A stretch of 64,000 nt of DNA from positions 754 through 64,753 of the forward strand of contig CAZYAN010000013.1 in the NCBI GenBank assembly GCA_964645585.1, in the 5' to 3' direction. Positions 46,368 to 54,252 of the stretch are shown here, piece by piece; position 1 is the stretch's first letter; each line of letters begins with the position of its first letter. Source of the stretch: an uncultured Opitutales bacterium. Its GTDB lineage: Bacteria; Verrucomicrobiota; Verrucomicrobiia; Opitutales; T3Sed10-336. The notes beneath the pieces were generated by a model. It saw only the letters and a list, made by a program, of their open reading frames with translations. It was not told where the DNA came from and searched no databases. Both the position numbers and the translations under genes were made by a program.

Positions 46368-48758
46368 ATGTCGAGGGAAGAGAAACCTGATCAATTGGAA
46401 AAGCGAATTTTGGTGTGCGTGGCCGATCGGGCGGAATCCGAGCAGGTGGTGTCTCTCCTGGAACGGTATGGATTCGTCGCGAAGGCATGCGCGGGATTAT
46501 CGAGCTTTTGCGAGGAGATGGAATCAGGCGCGGGCGCGGCTTATCTGAGCGACGATGTTTTGCAGGGAGAAGCGCTTTCGAAACTGATGCGGAAAGTCGT
46601 TCAGCAGCCGCCATGGTCCGACCTGCCGCTGATCATGGCGACGGGGGGCGATACGCTTCCCGCGTGTCTGAAGGCGCTTGAATCCACGCGGAGCGGCGGA
46701 AATATCATGCTGATCGACCGGCCGATCCAGGAAGCGAAACTGATTCATGCGGTGCGGATTGCTCTGCAGGCCCGTCGGCGGCAGTACGACGTGCGCGACC
46801 TGCTCGAGCAGCGGGAAGCCATTCTTGCCGGCGTGCAGGATCCCTTTGTCCTGCTCGACAACAATTTTCGTTTTATCTACGCCAATGAAAAGGCGCTGGA
46901 GGTGCGGCGGCACCCGTTGGAGGAGCTGCTGGGCAGGGTCAAATGGGAAGTTTTTCCTGAACTCGTTGGCAGTCCGTATTATCAGGCGGTAGTTGAGGCG
47001 GCGGAGAAGAAGGAGATGCGGCGTGTGGAGTACCGCGATCCAGTCAGCGGCCGCTGGTATGAGTGCCGCATTTATCCATCGCGCGCGGGTCTATCGATGA
47101 TCGCGAGTGATATTACGGAGCGCCGTGATGCGGAAGAAGCTTTGCGGCGGAGTGAGGAGCGTTTCCGGTTGATCGTCGAGAGCGCGGTCGAATACGCGAT
47201 TTTCAGTATGGACCGCGATTTGCGGATCACGTCGTGGAATGCCGGCGCCGAGCGGCTCCTTGGCTACAGTGAGGACGAGATCCTCGGCAAGCCGCTCGCG
47301 ATTATCTATACCGATGAGGACCGGGAGAAGGATTTGCCGGGTCGAGAAGCGGGGCGGGCGCGGACGGAAGGCCAAGGTGACGATGAACGCTGGCATTTGC
47401 GCAAAGACGGCAGCAAGTTTTGGGCGAGCGGACAAGTGTCGCCGATGATGGATGAGAACGGCGAGGTCATCGGCTACGTTAAAATTCTACGCGACTATAC
47501 AGGTCGAAAGCGTGCCGAGACTTGGCTGCGGGCGTTGAATGAGACGCTCGAAAAGCGAGTCGAGGAACGAACCGCGGAGGCGGAGCATCGGGCGACGCAA
47601 TTGCAAATGCTTGCGGGTCAGCTCACGGAGGTTGAAGAGCATGAGCGACGGCGGCTCGCCGAGATGCTCCACGATCACCTGCAGCAGATTCTCGTCGCGG
47701 CGAAGATGCAGGTGGGAATGCTGGCACAGAACCGAAACGAAGGGCAACTGGCTGAGGGGCTTCAGCGGGTCGACAGTCTGCTGGAGCGTTCGATTGAGGC
47801 TTCGCGCTCATTGACCGTGGAACTGAGCCCTCCGATTCTTTACGATGCCGGTCTGGGCCCTGCCTTGCTCTGGCTGGCACGGCGAATGTTCGAGAACCAT
47901 GGACTGGAAGTATCCGTTGAGGGCGAGGAGGATTCGGGTCCGGAACTCGAAAATCTGCGGGCCTTCCTGTTTCAGGCTGTTCGCGAGCTGCTCTTCAACA
48001 TCGTCAAGCACGCCGGTGTGAATCAGGCGTACGTCAAACTCGCGCGGATCAACGGCGACACGGAAGTCTGCGTTCGTGACGAAGGCGTCGGTTTTGATCA
48101 TAATCCATCGCACGCTTTTCAGAGCAAGGACGCCGGTTTCGGACTGTTCAGCATCGCGGAGCGCGTCGGCCTTCTCGGCGGATCGATGAAAATTGAAGCC
48201 GCGCCCGGCAAAGGAACTAACGTTTGTGTGCGCGTTCGGCATCATGCGCCGAGTCTTACCGCCCGCGAGAGAGGGATTCGGAAGCCGGACAGGACCGAGA
48301 CGAGACTGGTTGAAGAAAGTTTGGCAGCCGCGAGCGGTGAAACGGGCCGGATCCGGATTTTGCTGGCGGATGATCACAAGATCCTCCGGGAAGGTTTGGC
48401 AGGTCTGCTGCGGGAGCAAATGGATTTCGATGTCGTCAGTGAGGCTTCAGACGGCCAAATGGCAGTGGAACTCGCCCGGGAAACCAATCCGGATGTCGTC
48501 ATCATGGATGTCAGTATGCCGCGGTTGAACGGGGTCGAAGCGACGAGGATCATCACGGCGGAAATGCCTCGTGTGCGTGTAATCGGTCTTTCGATGCATG
48601 CCCAGGAGGATATGGCTGATGCGATGCGCAAAGCGGGCGCGGTGGGATACGTGACAAAAGGCGCGCCATCAGAAATATTGACCGCGGCGATCCGCGATGC
48701 CGCCGTGGTACGCCCGCGCCCCGCGCATGCTCGCTCCGGAAGCTACGGACAGCACTGA
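46368..48758 (+). CDS. hybrid sensor histidine kinase: REC-like, PAS, PAS, HisKA_3, HATPase_c, NarL-type REC (no HTH)
   Basis: N-terminal receiver-like 'ILVCVADRAE...LPLIMATG'. Two PAS regions ('FIYANEKALEV', 'ITSWNAGAERLLGYSEDEILGKP'). HisKA_3 H-box 'ERRRLAEMLHDHLQQ'. ATPase 'DEGVGFD...GFGLFSIAERV'. C-terminal 'IRILLADDHKILREGL...PDVVIMDVSMPRLNG...VIGLSMH'. Preferred ATG is 46368. Confidence 0.88.
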   Translation: MSREEKPDQLEKRILVCVADRAESEQVVSLLERYGFVAKACAGLSSFCEEMESGAGAAYLSDDVLQGEALSKLMRKVVQQPPWSDLPLIMATGGDTLPACLKALESTRSGGNIMLIDRPIQEAKLIHAVRIALQARRRQYDVRDLLEQREAILAGVQDPFVLLDNNFRFIYANEKALEVRRHPLEELLGRVKWEVFPELVGSPYYQAVVEAAEKKEMRRVEYRDPVSGRWYECRIYPSRAGLSMIASDITERRDAEEALRRSEERFRLIVESAVEYAIFSMDRDLRITSWNAGAERLLGYSEDEILGKPLAIIYTDEDREKDLPGREAGRARTEGQGDDERWHLRKDGSKFWASGQVSPMMDENGEVIGYVKILRDYTGRKRAETWLRALNETLEKRVEERTAEAEHRATQLQMLAGQLTEVEEHERRRLAEMLHDHLQQILVAAKMQVGMLAQNRNEGQLAEGLQRVDSLLERSIEASRSLTVELSPPILYDAGLGPALLWLARRMFENHGLEVSVEGEEDSGPELENLRAFLFQAVRELLFNIVKHAGVNQAYVKLARINGDTEVCVRDEGVGFDHNPSHAFQSKDAGFGLFSIAERVGLLGGSMKIEAAPGKGTNVCVRVRHHAPSLTARERGIRKPDRTETRLVEESLAAASGETGRIRILLADDHKILREGLAGLLREQMDFDVVSEASDGQMAVELARETNPDVVIMDVSMPRLNGVEATRIITAEMPRVRVIGLSMHAQEDMADAMRKAGAVGYVTKGAPSEILTAAIRDAAVVRPRPAHARSGSYGQH

Positions 48759-48848
48759 TTTCTTTGGAGGCGGTTCTAATCCCGGGAGATCGCGATCACC
48801 AAATCGGAGATTGCGCAACCCTGGCGAGAACCGTATTCTGCTGGTGAG

Positions 48849-49292
48849 ATGGGCCTTTTGAGTCAGCTTTCGTGTGCGCCGCTGGAGGCTGGCGAAACCG
48901 TTTCGCCGGACGAGGAGATCGCTGAATTGCATCCGCTGATCCCGGCGTGGAAGGTCGTTCGCGACGGGAAAGTTCGAAAGCTTCAGTATCGATTTCTTTT
49001 TGACCGGGAGCAGACGGCCGATCGTTTTTTATCGAAACTGCGCGAATTGGCCGAAGAGGAGAATCACCATCCGGAAATCCGCCGGGAAGGCAAGGATGTG
49101 ACGGTGGAGTGGTGGACGCACGTTTTGGGAGGGCTGCACCCGAACGACTTTATCATGGCGGCGAAGACGGAGGGTCTTTACACGGTTGCCAAAGTCGGTG
49201 CGGCAGTTGCGACGACGACGGACACGAACCTTCCGACTTTGTACGAGATCCCGCGCTTCCGTCATATCGGTGCCCGTCGCAAAGCCGGGTAA
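48849..49292 (+). CDS. phhB: pterin-4-alpha-carbinolamine dehydratase (PCD/DCoH family)
   Basis: 'LIPAWKVV...KLQYRFLFD...FLSKLRELAEEENHHPEIRREGKDVTVEWWTH..GGLHPNDFIMAAK'. Has a C-terminal tail of about 40 aa. Confidence 0.85.
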   Translation: MGLLSQLSCAPLEAGETVSPDEEIAELHPLIPAWKVVRDGKVRKLQYRFLFDREQTADRFLSKLRELAEEENHHPEIRREGKDVTVEWWTHVLGGLHPNDFIMAAKTEGLYTVAKVGAAVATTTDTNLPTLYEIPRFRHIGARRKAG

Positions 49293-49331
49293 TCGGGGCG
49301 CGGAGGGGTCGGTTTGGCGCGCTAGTTTAGC

Positions 49332-49976
49332 CTACAGCCGGCGGACGACGGCTTTGGCGACGCCTTGGACGATCAACTCGCTGACAGGATGAATTTCCGG
49401 GAATGCGGGGTTTTCGGCTTTGAGATAGGGGGGACAACCGGGCTGATTGATGAAGCGCTTGAGGGTCGTCGCGCCATCGATCAGGGCGGCGACGATGTCA
49501 TTATGGCGCGGCTCGCGCGGATCGAAGATGACGGTGTCGCCATCAAATATGCCGGCATCAATCATACTTTCGCCACTGACGCGGAGAGCGAAGCAACGGG
49601 CCGAGCGATGGCTGCCGATGACGTCGATGCCGATTTGGATGCGGTCAATGGCATCGCCCCGTTCGACACCGTCTGGATAACCGGCGGCGATGTTGCCGTA
49701 GACGGGAATCTCGACGACTTCGATTCGACCGCTCGGAGCAACGGCGTCAGGATCGTCGGCCAATGCGGGGTTGATACGGTAACTCCGTGCCTGGCCGGGG
49801 ATGCGGACGAGGGCGCCTTTTTCTTCCAGCGCGCGCAGATGACCGGCGACCGCGTTTGTGCTTCGGAAACCGAACGCGTCTTGGATATTTCGAATGCTCG
49901 GCCAGTAACCGCAATCGCGCGAGAAGGCCTGCATGTATTGAAGGATCTCGTTCTGTCGACGGGTAAGCGGGTTCAT
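49332..49976 (-). CDS. lexA: LexA repressor (S24 self-cleaving transcriptional repressor)
   Basis: wHTH 'LTRRQNEILQYMQAFSRDCGYWPSIRNIQDAFGFRSTNAVAGHLRALEEKGAL'. Catalytic Ser 'VSGESMIDAGI' and Lys 'TLKRF'. Confidence 0.95.
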   Translation of the reverse strand: MNPLTRRQNEILQYMQAFSRDCGYWPSIRNIQDAFGFRSTNAVAGHLRALEEKGALVRIPGQARSYRINPALADDPDAVAPSGRIEVVEIPVYGNIAAGYPDGVERGDAIDRIQIGIDVIGSHRSARCFALRVSGESMIDAGIFDGDTVIFDPREPRHNDIVAALIDGATTLKRFINQPGCPPYLKAENPAFPEIHPVSELIVQGVAKAVVRRL

Positions 49977-49984
49977 GGAGCCGC

Positions 49985-50020
49985 ATTGAAAATGAACATA
50001 TGATCATGTTCAAGCTCAAT
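49985..50020. promoter_or_regulatory. candidate LexA operator / lexA promoter: hyphenated palindrome ATTGA-N3-TGAACAT-N6-ATGTTCA-N3-TCAAT
   Basis: Read directly. The inner 7-bp arms (49993-49999 and 50006-50012) and the outer 5-bp arms (49985-49989 and 50016-50020) are perfect inverted repeats. The element ends 9 nt upstream of the lexA ATG (49976). On the lexA strand it overlaps TTGAAC-N17-TTCAAT, a -35/-10-like pair. Confidence 0.5.
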
Positions 50021-50040
50021 TTTTGCGGCTTCCGCGTTCC

Positions 50041-51516
50041 TTACGGAACGGTGATGGTGATGAACCGGAAGGCGCCGCGATAGTAGATGTAAACCATGTT
50101 GCCGCCTTGGCGAAGGCTTGCGGCCGCGGTGCCGATGTCAGAAACCGGCTGCCGGTTGATCTCAAGGATGACCGCGCCGACCGGAAGCTGGTCGGCAAAA
50201 GGCGAGTCGGGCCGAATCTCCGTCACGACCAGCCCCTGTATGTCCGCTGGCAGGCTGAGCTGCTCTCGAAGCTCGGGGGTGACAGCCGAAACCGTCACGC
50301 CCTCCAAGAACCGGCCGGGGGCTGATGAGCCGGGCATCTCTCCGTCCTCGAGCCGCCCGAGCTCCACCTCGACGGATTGAAGTTCGCCGTCGCGATAAAA
50401 TTCGATCCTGGCGGTGGTGCCTGGCCGCATTTGCGAAATGGTCAGCCGGAGGCCCAAGTCATCGGAGACGGGATTGCCGTCAACGGAGACGATGACGTCA
50501 CCTGCTTGAAGACCAGCCTCGGCGGCCGGGCTGTCCGGAACGACCGTGCTGACCAGTGCGCCGCGAGGTTCGGGAACATTGAGCTGTTCCGCGAGTTCGG
50601 GCGTGAGCGCTTGCGGGCTCACCCCGAGAAAGCCGCGCTCGACAGTTCCCGTTTCCATCAGACTCTGCATGACGTTTCGAACCAGGTTGACGGGAATAGC
50701 GAAACCGATCCCGATGTTTCCGCCGGTCCGCGAAAGAATGGCGGTGTTGAGTCCGATGACGCGGCCTTCACCGTCGACGAGCGGACCGCCTGAGTTCCCC
50801 TGGTTAATGGCGGCGTCAGTCTGAATGAAGTTCTCGTAACCGCCCCAGCCGAGAATCCCCATTTGCCGGCGGCCTGTGGCGGAAATGATGCCCATCGTGA
50901 CCGTTTGGCCGACGCCGAGCGGATTCCCGAGAGCGAAAACGATGTCTCCGACGCGGATTTGATCACTGTCAGCGAGGGTGGCCGCGGGCAGACTTTCGGC
51001 GTCGATTTTGAGAACCGCGACGTCGGTTTTGGGATCGGTTCCGACGAGGGTAGCCACATATTCGCGATCATCGTCCAGGGCGACTTTGATTTCGTTGGCG
51101 CCTTCCACCACGTGGTTGTTGGTCAACACATAACCATTCTCGCTCACAATCACACCCGAACCGAGACCTTGCCGGATCTGTTCGCGATCCTGATGTTCGG
51201 GAACGCCGAAGAACCGCCGGAAAAACGGATCGTTTCCAAACGGGGACCATGCGCGTTCGCGAACGACGCGTGTCGAAAAGACACTGACGATCGCCGGTCG
51301 TACTTGGTCGAGAACGTCGGCGTAACTTGTGACGACAGGAGCGTTGCTTCGATCGAGAGGTTTGTCGTCAATGGTTATGACAGCAAAATGAGAATCGCCG
51401 GCGAATTTCTCCTGATAAATCGCCTGGCCGCTAAGAACACCGAGAGCTACCAGAAGGAAGGTCGTGAGGATGCGAAGTCTCATATACTTTCTCGTTAATT
51501 GTTCGTGTGGATACAT
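50041..51516 (-). CDS. degP: periplasmic serine endoprotease DegP/HtrA (Do family, two PDZ domains)
   Basis: Catalytic triad context 'VLTNNHVV', 'DVAVLKI', 'GNSGGPLVD', followed by two PDZ-like regions. The start may be the internal ATG 51483 ('MRLRILTTFLLVALG'). Confidence 0.93.
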   Translation of the reverse strand: MYPHEQLTRKYMRLRILTTFLLVALGVLSGQAIYQEKFAGDSHFAVITIDDKPLDRSNAPVVTSYADVLDQVRPAIVSVFSTRVVRERAWSPFGNDPFFRRFFGVPEHQDREQIRQGLGSGVIVSENGYVLTNNHVVEGANEIKVALDDDREYVATLVGTDPKTDVAVLKIDAESLPAATLADSDQIRVGDIVFALGNPLGVGQTVTMGIISATGRRQMGILGWGGYENFIQTDAAINQGNSGGPLVDGEGRVIGLNTAILSRTGGNIGIGFAIPVNLVRNVMQSLMETGTVERGFLGVSPQALTPELAEQLNVPEPRGALVSTVVPDSPAAEAGLQAGDVIVSVDGNPVSDDLGLRLTISQMRPGTTARIEFYRDGELQSVEVELGRLEDGEMPGSSAPGRFLEGVTVSAVTPELREQLSLPADIQGLVVTEIRPDSPFADQLPVGAVILEINRQPVSDIGTAAASLRQGGNMVYIYYRGAFRFITITVP

Positions 51517-51552
51517 GGGCGAATCAAGCTGCCGCGAAAAGCGGGAACAGTC

Positions 51553-52503
51553 TCAGAAGCCTTTGATTTGGAAGAGACTGGTCACACTTTGATTGCGACT
51601 TATTCTGACAATGGCTTCGCCCAGAAGTTCGGCCACGCTTAAAACGGTAATCGGAAAACCTCTTGGTTCAACTGGAACGGAATTGGATGTAATGAGTTCA
51701 TCGAGCAATCCCTCCCGGAGGCGTTCATAGGCGAGATCGTTCAGGATGGAATGACTGACGGCGGCGCGCACGCTGCGAGCACCATGCTTTCTACAGAGCC
51801 GGGCGGCGGTCGTCAAGGTTCCGGCGGTCTCGGTCATGTCGTCGACGAGGAGAACGTCGCGGCCGGTGACATCGCCAATCATGCTGATCGCTTCGACGGT
51901 GCTCGCGTCGGTGCGCCGTTTGGCGATAAATCCGACCGCGCATTCCAGCATATCGGCATAGGCTGCCGCCATTTTTACGCCGCCTTGGTCCGGGGAGACG
52001 ACGACCAGGTTCTCTTGTTTGAGCCGACGAAGGTATTTGAAAAAGACAGGGGAGCAGTAGAGGTGGTCGACGGGAATATCGAAAAAGCCCTGGATCTGCT
52101 GGGCGTGAAGATCCATGGTGAGCACCCGATTGGCGCCGGCGGCAACGAGCAGGTTCGCGACGAGCTTGGCGGTGATCGGCACGCGCGGCTGATCTTTGCG
52201 ATCCTGACGAGCGTACCCGTAGAACGGCAGCACGGCGGTGATTCGCTGGGCCGATGCGCGCCGGGCGGCGTCGATCATGATCAGCAGCTCCATAATATGG
52301 TGGTTCGCCGGCGTCGAGGTCGACTGAATGATAAAAACGTCCGCGCCGCGCACGTTTTCGTTGATCTTCACGAACGATTCTCCATCGGGAAAAGTGGTAA
52401 CGACCGCTTCTCCGAGAGGAATACCGATCAAGCTGCAGATCTCCTGAGCGAGGGGACGGTTCGAGCTGCCCGAGAAAATCCTGATGTTATCTTGCTGCTC
52501 CAT
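51553..52503 (-). CDS. prs: ribose-phosphate pyrophosphokinase
   Basis: 'IRIFSGSSNRPLAQEI', 'YARQDRK', 'DLHAQQIQGFFDIPVDHL', PRPP loop 'VLLVDDMTETAGTL'. Confidence 0.96.
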   Translation of the reverse strand: MEQQDNIRIFSGSSNRPLAQEICSLIGIPLGEAVVTTFPDGESFVKINENVRGADVFIIQSTSTPANHHIMELLIMIDAARRASAQRITAVLPFYGYARQDRKDQPRVPITAKLVANLLVAAGANRVLTMDLHAQQIQGFFDIPVDHLYCSPVFFKYLRRLKQENLVVVSPDQGGVKMAAAYADMLECAVGFIAKRRTDASTVEAISMIGDVTGRDVLLVDDMTETAGTLTTAARLCRKHGARSVRAAVSHSILNDLAYERLREGLLDELITSNSVPVEPRGFPITVLSVAELLGEAIVRISRNQSVTSLFQIKGF

Positions 52504-52525
52504 GTGGAGGTAAACTAAGAATGAC

Positions 52526-53578
52526 TTACGATTTGCTGAAAAGCTTTTTCACCGCCGCGTCGAGTTCTTCGAAATCCCGGAACAAGTCCGGCAGTCGTTT
52601 GCGAAGCGCGTTCAGCCTGTGATCGAGCATGATCGGCAGCGCGGGGACTCCCGCCACGTAGCTTTTTGGCGGAAGTGTTTTGCTGATGCCTGCCTTGGCC
52701 GCGATCATGCTTCCGCGGCCGATACTGAGGTGTCCGCTGATCCCCGCCTGTCCTCCGATAATTACCTGATCTTCGATCACCGTGCTGCCGGCGACGCCGA
52801 CCTGTGCGACGATCAAGCAATATTTGCCGATAAGGACATTGTGTCCAATCTGGACGAGATTATCGATCTTGGTGCCTTCGCCGATTTCGGTTCGGTCGAA
52901 GCGGGCGCGGTCGATTGTTGTGCCGGCGCCGATCTCGACATCGTCGCCGATGACGACTTCTCCCACCTGTGGAAGCTTTCTGTGCCGGCCGTCGCTTCCG
53001 GTGTCGTAGCCAAAACCGTCGGCGCCGATCACGACACCCGGGTGCAGGCGAACGCGCGCTCCGAGGCGGCAATGGCCCTGCACGGTGACATTTGCCGCGA
53101 GAAACGAGTCGTCGCCGATCGCGACGCCGCGGCCGACGAAAACCTGGCCTTGGAGGACCGCATGCTCGCCGACGGTCGCGCCCTCTTCGACGATGCAAAG
53201 CGGTCCAACGCTTGCGGTCGGCGCGATGCGGGCACGTTCATGGACGACAGCTGTCGGATGGATGCCCTGTGCCGGACGCGGCCAGAGCCGCTGCTCGATC
53301 CGGGCGCAAACCCGAGCGAGGGCGAGAGAGGTGTTTTCCTGGAAAAAGAAGGCCTGTCCCTCGCGAGGCTCCCCTTCGAAATCTTCCGGAACGAGAATGA
53401 TCGAGGCTTCCGAGCCCGCGACCTCTTTCCGGTACTTGGTATTAGCAAGGAAAGAGAGGTCGCCCGGACCGGCGTCCTTGAGGGCGGCGATACGCTGGAT
53501 CGGCCCAGTCGTCTCGCCCGCTGTTCGTGCCGGGCCGGTGATGGCGGCGATCTCGTCGACGGTCAGAGAGAGCTGCAT
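52526..53578 (-). CDS. lpxD: UDP-3-O-(3-hydroxyacyl)glucosamine N-acyltransferase
   Basis: N-terminal LpxD domain ('[10 protein letters not shown]') and a long left-handed beta-helix of hexapeptide repeats. Located downstream of bamA-skp as in most diderms. Confidence 0.93.
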   Translation of the reverse strand: MQLSLTVDEIAAITGPARTAGETTGPIQRIAALKDAGPGDLSFLANTKYRKEVAGSEASIILVPEDFEGEPREGQAFFFQENTSLALARVCARIEQRLWPRPAQGIHPTAVVHERARIAPTASVGPLCIVEEGATVGEHAVLQGQVFVGRGVAIGDDSFLAANVTVQGHCRLGARVRLHPGVVIGADGFGYDTGSDGRHRKLPQVGEVVIGDDVEIGAGTTIDRARFDRTEIGEGTKIDNLVQIGHNVLIGKYCLIVAQVGVAGSTVIEDQVIIGGQAGISGHLSIGRGSMIAAKAGISKTLPPKSYVAGVPALPIMLDHRLNALRKRLPDLFRDFEELDAAVKKLFSKS

Positions 53579-53596
53579 AAGCGAAAGAATCTGAAC

Positions 53597-53627
53597 AAAA
53601 AAAGCCCTGTCCGGGCGGAACAGGGCT
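53597..53627 (-). terminator. rho-independent terminator downstream of skp
   Basis: The minus strand reads AGCCCTGT-TCCGCCCGG-ACAGGGCT followed by TTTTTTT: an 8-bp GC-rich stem (53603-53610 / 53620-53627), a 9-nt loop and a T-run (53597-53602). It starts about 20 nt after the skp stop. Confidence 0.75.
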
Positions 53628-53647
53628 TTCCTATTAAAAAAACCAGA

Positions 53648-54235
53648 TCACTCCTTCGGCTGATTTTTGTTGAGCTCCTGGAGGACTTCGTCGGTGATGT
53701 CGAGGCTTGCGTCGGCGAAGAGAACGGAGCGCGTGCCGATCCCGCCGAGTTTCGTGGAACTGTCGAGCACGAGGTTGGCATTGTGTTTTTGGGCGATTAC
53801 CTTCACCGCTTCACGGATTTCGTCGAGCATCAGCTGACGATGACTTTGCTGCCGCTGTTCGAGGGCGCGCTGGGTATTTGCCTGAAATTGCTGCACCTCC
53901 ATCCGCTTTTCCTGGATCGTCTGGAGCTTCGCCGCCGCCTCGGCCTGAAGACGTTCGCGGGCCTCGGCGGACAGTGCGGGGCTTTGGGCTTCTTCTGCCA
54001 TTTTCTCGTACTCTTCGACGAGTGCCTGACCTTCCGCGATCATGGACTGGGCAGAGCTTTGGGCGGATTCAACCGCACTCTGGAAGCGGCTTTCCGCTTC
54101 GGCCGTGCGGTAATAGTTTTCGAAAAGCCGGTTCAAGTCAGCCGTCACGACGCTGACTTCCGCGGCCGATGAGGTCGCAACGGGAGCCAAAAGGCCGAGG
54201 GAGAGGATCACGAGTGCGAGGTTTTTCATAATCAT
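53648..54235 (-). CDS. skp: OmpH/Skp-family periplasmic chaperone
   Basis: Signal peptide plus a coiled-coil-rich body of about 170 aa ('LQAEAAAKLQTIQEKRMEVQQFQ'). Canonical position between bamA and lpxD. Confidence 0.85.
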   Translation of the reverse strand: MIMKNLALVILSLGLLAPVATSSAAEVSVVTADLNRLFENYYRTAEAESRFQSAVESAQSSAQSMIAEGQALVEEYEKMAEEAQSPALSAEARERLQAEAAAKLQTIQEKRMEVQQFQANTQRALEQRQQSHRQLMLDEIREAVKVIAQKHNANLVLDSSTKLGGIGTRSVLFADASLDITDEVLQELNKNQPKE

Positions 54236-54252
54236 TTGCTTAGAAACAGGAT

